From a bacterium (lineage in GTDB: Bacteria > RBG-13-61-14 > DATKZS01): a stretch of 24,073 nt of DNA. Each line of letters begins with the position of its first letter. The stretch's first letter is position 1. The notes under the pieces were generated by a model. It ran no database searches and had not been told where the DNA came from. It saw only the letters and a program-made list of their open reading frames with translations. This document shows, in pieces, positions 19,009 through 24,073 of this stretch. The translations under genes were made by a program, and so were the position numbers. The stretch is taken from contig JAWOBU010000137.1 in assembly GCA_046484135.1 (NCBI GenBank), positions 1 through 24,073 on the forward strand. Direction: 5' to 3'.

Positions 19009-19201
19009 GGGGAAGGAGGATAAAAGTTTCGGCACATAAGCTCTTGAATCAAGCGCACCGGTTTCGAGAACATATCTGTCGGCAAGCCGGCGCGGCTTCT
19101 ATTCATTACCTGAGAGAACCCGTCATGAAGCCGGGTCCCCCATGAGAAAATTTGCAACTCCCTTTCACTTGCTCCCGTTTCCTTGATGAGACAAGCTGGC
19201 G

Positions 19202-19438
19202 ATGTGCAAGTAAAAGAGAGCCAAGAAGCCTGCCCGCAAGACCTCTAAGTCTTCACCCGCCACTGAAGAAACCACCGCCCCAGACATCCTTACCATAGAC
19301 CAGGCCGCCGACTACCTCCAACTTTCCAGGGCCACCATCTACCGTCTCATCAAAGGAGGCGAGATTCCTGTAAAGAGGATCGGCGAGCGCTACCGCTTCT
19401 CACGCCGGAGACTTTTGGAGTGGATAGAGAATCAGTAA
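19202..19438 (+). pseudogene. Excisionase-family (HTH_17-like) DNA-binding protein gene with an in-frame TAA at codon 4
   Basis: Manual translation: MCK*KRAKKPARKTSKSSPATEETTAPDILTIDQAADYLQLSRATIYRLIKGGEIPVKRIGERYRFSRRRLLEWIENQ*. No ATG/GTG/TTG lies between TAA 19211-19213 and the HTH. The family call is firmer than the pseudogene status. Confidence 0.7.
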
Positions 19439-19553
19439 GTCTTCCACTATTTCCGGGTCTGAGGTGCCTGCCGACACTAACAACAGGCAGCCGGCGAAGG
19501 AAACAAAAAGGTCTCCGCCCCGCGTACTTTCAATGGTCGAGAGACAACTATAT

Positions 19554-22500
19554 TTATTCCGTCCCTTCTATGCTTATGGGACTGCTCATAAGAATCTCCG
19601 GGCAGTAGCGGCCTTCGTAAGCGCTCGAGCCGGATTGACATTCGGGGATGAAGGGCTCGAGGTAAACCGTGCCCGCGCTGTCAATGCGCAGGGTGATGCG
19701 GGCGGGCGCGTTCTGGTCTACCGGACCGGAGAAGTCGTAGCGGTCGTCCGAGTACTCGCCGTCGCCTCCCCACAGGGTGGCAGTGCCGGTGGAGGCGGAG
19801 CCCACCTGGAAGACCACTGCAAAGCCGGCGGTGTACTCGTTATCCTCCTGGTTCTCGGACAGGACGCCCAGCGTTACGTGGCAGGTTTCGCCCATTTGCA
19901 CGGAGCCCGACGGCTCGGAAAGGACCACCAGCTCCGCGGCCCGGCTGTTTATGGAGGTGATCTCGATCTCGGAGACCATGCTCTTCAAGATGGTCAGGTC
20001 GCCGGATGCGAGCACTCCGTCCCCGTCCAGGTCCTGGGTGTCCGCGTTGCCGGGTATCACGTTCGAGTAGTCGGTGGGGGTCTCGGCAATCTTGGATTTC
20101 AGCACGGTCACGTCGCCCGAGGCTACGACAGCGTCGCCGTCCCCTTCGCCCCAGTAGGCGCATCCGACCTGCCCGCTGCCGTGATGGCCTTGCGGGTCTG
20201 CGCTCCAGAGGTCGGTCCCGTTCCAGTACTCGTGGACGTTGGGGTTCAGGTCGGAGTCGAAGTCGGTAGTGCCTCCGTCCGAGGCGTCAACCGGGTCCAG
20301 GTTCTCGCCGTCGGCATGCCCGCTCCTGTTGTCGTACTCGAACTTGTCGGGAAGGCCGTCTCCGTCGCTGTCCCAGTAGAGCGGGTTCATGCTCTGCGTT
20401 ACTTCATCGCCGTCGCCTACCCCGTCCTCGTCAGTGTCCGGGTTACAGGGATCGGTCTCGGAAGAGTCAACAACCCCGTCCAGGTCCATGTCCTCGCCGG
20501 CGGAGCACAAGAGAGTCGAACCGTCGTACACCGAGGTGTTGCCGTCGCAAAGGCCGTCCCCGTCCGTGTCAGCCATCGAAGAGTCGGTGCAGCCCGAGTC
20601 TTCGAGGCTGTTGGAAAGACCGTCCCCGTCCGAGTCGCAGCCTTCGTCCACCGTGCCGTAACCGTCGTCCCCCGGACACTGGTTGTCAATACCGTCACAA
20701 AGCTCGGGGGCGCCGGGATATACAACACTGTTGCCGTCGTCGCAGTCCGGGCCGTTCCTGGTGGTGTAAGCGTCACATCCCGCGTACCAGGTGTCGCCGT
20801 CGTTGTCAGCGCAAGTGCCGCAGGAGGTCCAGTTGTCAACGTCCGTGTCGTCGCAGTCCGGACCGTCAATCGAGACGTAGGCGTCGCAACCCACGTACCA
20901 GGTGTCAGTGTCGCCGTCAACGCAACTCGCGCACGACTCCCAGTTGTTCTCGTCCTCGTCGTCGCAGTCCGGACCGTCAATCGAGACGTAGGCGTCGCAA
21001 CCCACGTACCAGGTGTCGGTGTCGCCGTCAACGCATGTTGCGCACGACTCCCAGTTGTTCTCGTCCGCGTCGTCGCAGTCCGGGCCGTTGATTCCCACGT
21101 ACTGGTTGCAGAGCTCGTAGTAAGTGTCCGCATCGTCATCAACGCAAGTCTCGCATGTGTCCCAGACGTTCTGGTCGGTATCGTCGCAGTCCGGTCCGTC
21201 CCGGATGACGTAAGCGTCACAGCCCGCGTACCAGGAGTCGGAGTCGTTGTTTTGGCAGGTATCGCATGATGTCCAGTTGTCAACGTCCGTGTCGTCACAG
21301 TCCGGGCCGTTCCTGGTGGTGTAAGCGTCGCAACCGTCATACCAGGTGTCCCCGTCGCCGTCCGAGCAGGTGTCGCAGGAGGTCCAGTTGTCTACGTCCG
21401 TGTCGTCGCAGTCCGGACCGTTGATGCTGGTGTAGGCGTCGCAGCCCACGTACCAGCTATCGGTATCGCCGTCAACGCATGTTGCGCACGAGTCCCAGTT
21501 GTTCTCGTCCGTGTCGTCGCAGTCCGGACCGTTGATGCTGGTGTAGGCGTCGCAGCCCACGTACCAGCTATCGGTGTCGTCGTCAACGCATGTTGCGCAC
21601 GACTCCCAGTTGTTCTCGTCCGTGTCGTCGCAGTCCGGCCCGTTGATGGTGGTGTAGGCGTCGCAGCCGGTGTACCAGCCGTCACCGTCGGAATCAACGC
21701 AGGTGTCGCATGAGCTCCAGTTGTTGGGGTCCACGGGATCGCAATCATCCAGGTCGTTCGTCGAGTCGCCGTCCGTGTCAGGTTCGCACGGGTCGGTCTC
21801 GCCGTCATCCACCACGCCGTTCAAGTTCATGTCCTCGCCGGCCTCGCAAAGCAAGGTGGAACCGTCATACACCGATGTGTTGCCGTCGCATAGCCCGTCT
21901 CCGTCCGTGTCCGGGTTGTCGTAAAGGGTGCAACAGGCATCGTCTTGCTCATCAATGTCGGAAAGACCGTCCCCGTCCAGGTCCTCTGCCTGCATGTAGA
22001 TGTCATGGATGGTGGTCTCTCCCGCTGTCACGGAAAGGTCTCCCGCGTAGTAGTTGTCATAACCGGCCTGAAGCGCCCAGATGGAGTAGGACCCCGGCGA
22101 GAGGCGGAACAGGTAAAAACCGTCTCCGTCCGAATCAGTGCTCTTGCTGCCAACATATATGGACACGTCCGGCAGAACAGTAGAACCGTCATAAACATAA
22201 CCGGCCAATACGCCCGTGTCGCTCTTCGGTTCGAGAGCAAGGTCCTGGCGGGATATCCCGCCGATGCTTATGGGAGGACAGCCGGTGCTCACCTCCAGGT
22301 AGTTCGCTTTGCTCGCCTCCAGGGTGTAACCCTCTCCCGCCGGGACCTCGTTGTGGAAGATGTAATGACCGCCGGTGCCCGTAGTCGTCTCCAGGATATT
22401 GTCAGCGGCCAGGTATAAAGTGACGTTCGCGCCGTAAAGACCGTAACCGGTTTCCAGGTCGGTGATGTATCCTTCCAGCGTGCCGGTGGTCAGGTCTTCC

Positions 22501-24073
22501 TGGGCCACCCGCAGGTCGTACTCGGTAAACTCGCCGTAAACAGTGCCGTCGTAATGTCGGCACAGGACGTGGTAGGTGCCCGGCTCCAAAAGCTTGTAGA
22601 TCATGCTGGCGCCGTACTCGGAGCCGGAGTCATCATCGGAGATTATGAGGGGCGTAAGAGAGCCAAGGCTCTCGCCGTAAAGCTCGAGCACGGTGTCGCA
22701 GTTCTCCGCAAGGTTCTCGGTATAAATCTTGTGGTACTTGGCGGTGGAGCCGAAAACCGTGAATGTTACCCAGTCCTCGTCGTAAGAGTCGTGGAAGTTG
22801 TGGGCCTGGGCGTGCTCGGAGTCCACCACAATGGTGCTTCCCGTACTCCAGGAGTCGTCCGGCTCGTAAGGGTCGGGTCCGAAGATGGTCAGGTTCACGT
22901 CAAAGCTTGCGCTTGCCTGCCCGCTCTTGTCCATGCTGAACAGAGTGGCGGTGTATCGTCCGTTCACGTCGAAGATCAAGCTTATCTCTTCGGGGGTGAA
23001 GGTATGAGAGAAATGGCCTTCGGAAGCGTCCCACTCCAGATAGGCTCGCGAAAGCGGGTTTCCGTTCTCGTCCACCAGCCAGGGCGTCTCGTAACTTCCG
23101 TCCGCAGCGTCGGGAGGCGAGTAACCGGGCGGAGAGATGATGGCGAAGACGGCGCCGAGCTCGTCCGGCTGCACGTTGCCCACTTGAGCATACAGGACCA
23201 CAGAGGAGCCTTCCTCAATAAGGTGGGAGGTGTAGCAGGTTGATGAATCAAGCGGGAAGTCCTCCACGCACGCCGAAAGTTCCGGCAGGAGGGCACCGGT
23301 AGAAAAGTCGGCGCCGATCTCGAACTCCGCCGCCCAAGCGCCGTCCTTGGAGCCGCCCGCGGTCTCGTAAACGCCCGTGCCGTTGTCGTCCAGCCACGGT
23401 GTCTGGCCGGACCAGGAAGCAAGGGCGCTCTCAGCGGAGTTGAAGGACTCCAGTACCGTCTTCGACTGTCTGATGTGTTGCCAGAAGAACTGGGAGAAGC
23501 TCACGGTGCCATTCACTCCGAAGTAAGCGGACTGGGTGGAGGAAGACGATGTCAAAACCATGCGGTTGGGACCGCCCGTGCCGAGGGTGCTGAGGAATGC
23601 GCCGGAGTAACAGGCGTCGTATATGACGACCACGTCCACCGAGGTCCCGCTCTCCACCGATGATATCCAGGCGTCAAGGTCGGAGGCGGAGACCAGGTCC
23701 GGGGCGCCGCTGTCGTCGTAGTTGATGAGAAAGTTCGAGCTGGAGCCGTGGTCAATGAGATAGATTATGAGCGGCACGCCTGCTCCTACCGGGGGGTTGC
23801 CCGCGTCTCCTTCCGTAGTTGCCCACGTCTCAATGGCATTCTGCAAAGAAGAACTGTCGGGCTCGCCGTCAATGTCGTCCGAAAACCCGTCGCCGTCTCC
23901 GTCATAGAGCTGGGTGGCGTCCGGGTTCAAGTACTTGACCTGGTCCTTGGAGAATCCTCTTGCAAGAAGCGTTTCATAGGCGAAATGGCCCATGGCGTTC
24001 AAGGTGTCCACCTGGCGGTTCTCGTCCACCAGGCCGCCGCCCACCACCACTATGGCCCGGCCCACCGAGGCGC
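19554..24073 (-). CDS. Giant modular protein, 5'-truncated: C13/legumain-like cysteine peptidase domain, PPC-like and carboxypeptidase-regulatory-like domains, Cys/Asp-rich repeats, dockerin-like motif
   Basis: The frame is open past GTG 24065 to the window edge (>1503 aa). IYLIDHG and IYDACYSG dyad motifs, DPYEPDD...DEDW domain, two G-x-L-x-G-Y-[IV] beta-sandwich modules, many DxDGDG motifs. Confidence 0.88.
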   Translation of the reverse strand, partial: ASVGRAIVVVGGGLVDENRQVDTLNAMGHFAYETLLARGFSKDQVKYLNPDATQLYDGDGDGFSDDIDGEPDSSSLQNAIETWATTEGDAGNPPVGAGVPLIIYLIDHGSSSNFLINYDDSGAPDLVSASDLDAWISSVESGTSVDVVVIYDACYSGAFLSTLGTGGPNRMVLTSSSSTQSAYFGVNGTVSFSQFFWQHIRQSKTVLESFNSAESALASWSGQTPWLDDNGTGVYETAGGSKDGAWAAEFEIGADFSTGALLPELSACVEDFPLDSSTCYTSHLIEEGSSVVLYAQVGNVQPDELGAVFAIISPPGYSPPDAADGSYETPWLVDENGNPLSRAYLEWDASEGHFSHTFTPEEISLIFDVNGRYTATLFSMDKSGQASASFDVNLTIFGPDPYEPDDSWSTGSTIVVDSEHAQAHNFHDSYDEDWVTFTVFGSTAKYHKIYTENLAENCDTVLELYGESLGSLTPLIISDDDSGSEYGASMIYKLLEPGTYHVLCRHYDGTVYGEFTEYDLRVAQEDLTTGTLEGYITDLETGYGLYGANVTLYLAADNILETTTGTGGHYIFHNEVPAGEGYTLEASKANYLEVSTGCPPISIGGISRQDLALEPKSDTGVLAGYVYDGSTVLPDVSIYVGSKSTDSDGDGFYLFRLSPGSYSIWALQAGYDNYYAGDLSVTAGETTIHDIYMQAEDLDGDGLSDIDEQDDACCTLYDNPDTDGDGLCDGNTSVYDGSTLLCEAGEDMNLNGVVDDGETDPCEPDTDGDSTNDLDDCDPVDPNNWSSCDTCVDSDGDGWYTGCDAYTTINGPDCDDTDENNWESCATCVDDDTDSWYVGCDAYTSINGPDCDDTDENNWDSCATCVDGDTDSWYVGCDAYTSINGPDCDDTDVDNWTSCDTCSDGDGDTWYDGCDAYTTRNGPDCDDTDVDNWTSCDTCQNNDSDSWYAGCDAYVIRDGPDCDDTDQNVWDTCETCVDDDADTYYELCNQYVGINGPDCDDADENNWESCATCVDGDTDTWYVGCDAYVSIDGPDCDDEDENNWESCASCVDGDTDTWYVGCDAYVSIDGPDCDDTDVDNWTSCGTCADNDGDTWYAGCDAYTTRNGPDCDDGNSVVYPGAPELCDGIDNQCPGDDGYGTVDEGCDSDGDGLSNSLEDSGCTDSSMADTDGDGLCDGNTSVYDGSTLLCSAGEDMDLDGVVDSSETDPCNPDTDEDGVGDGDEVTQSMNPLYWDSDGDGLPDKFEYDNRSGHADGENLDPVDASDGGTTDFDSDLNPNVHEYWNGTDLWSADPQGHHGSGQVGCAYWGEGDGDAVVASGDVTVLKSKIAETPTDYSNVIPGNADTQDLDGDGVLASGDLTILKSMVSEIEITSINSRAAELVVLSEPSGSVQMGETCHVTLGVLSENQEDNEYTAGFAVVFQVGSASTGTATLWGGDGEYSDDRYDFSGPVDQNAPARITLRIDSAGTVYLEPFIPECQSGSSAYEGRYCPEILMSSPISIEGTE
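20736..21746 (-). repeat. Intragenic tandem repeat, 111 bp (37 aa) unit, about 9 copies
   Basis: The NNW-type motif recurs at exact 111-bp spacing (20829, 20940, 21051, 21162, 21273, 21384, 21495, 21606, 21717). Consensus CVDxDxDxWYxGCDAYxxINGPDCDDxDxNNWxSCxT. Confidence 0.95.

Noticed and set aside
19020..19553. Prophage or integrative element boundary suggested by the excisionase-like gene
   Set aside because: No integrase, tRNA, att-like direct repeat or phage gene in the window; stand-alone HTH_17 genes are common.
19464..21269. 601-aa Val-rich plus-strand ORF with repeats, and Thr/Arg-rich alternative-frame ORFs (20417-21340, 21392-21808)
   Set aside because: Antisense or out-of-frame readings of the Asp-rich repeats (GAC read as GTC or ACG); their periodicity is inherited from the real gene.
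20736..21746. Regular repeats considered as a CRISPR array or DGR template/variable pair
   Set aside because: Units are contiguous, in frame and 111 bp with no unique spacers; differences are not adenine-specific; no cas or reverse transcriptase gene is in the window.

Overview
GC-rich bacterial chromosomal segment. The gene order resembles that of deltaproteobacteria (Desulfobacterota/Myxococcota); this is an inference from synteny only. Left to right: (i) a long minus-strand cluster pheA-hisC-tyrA-aroA-cmk-rpsA, then sppA-ihfB-HIT-lapA-like and a fused alpha/beta family I CoA-transferase that runs off the left edge and is missing from the ORF track; (ii) a divergent plus-strand cluster tsaD-DUF2062-like-rsmA-mutM-CAP domain protein; (iii) a small hypothetical gene and groES-groEL with a perfect CIRCE element and an intrinsic terminator; (iv) an excisionase-type HTH gene, also missing from the ORF track, interrupted by a TAA at codon 4; (v) the 3' part (>1500 aa) of a giant modular, probably extracellular protein. 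That protein has a clan CD (C13/legumain-like) His-Cys protease domain, PPC-like and carboxypeptidase-regulatory-like domains, about 9 tandem 37-aa Cys/Asp repeats bracketed by two copies of a ~78-aa acidic module, a dockerin-like duplicated motif and an unassigned C-terminal domain. It is the most unusual element in the window. All family assignments come from motif recognition by eye; no searches were run.
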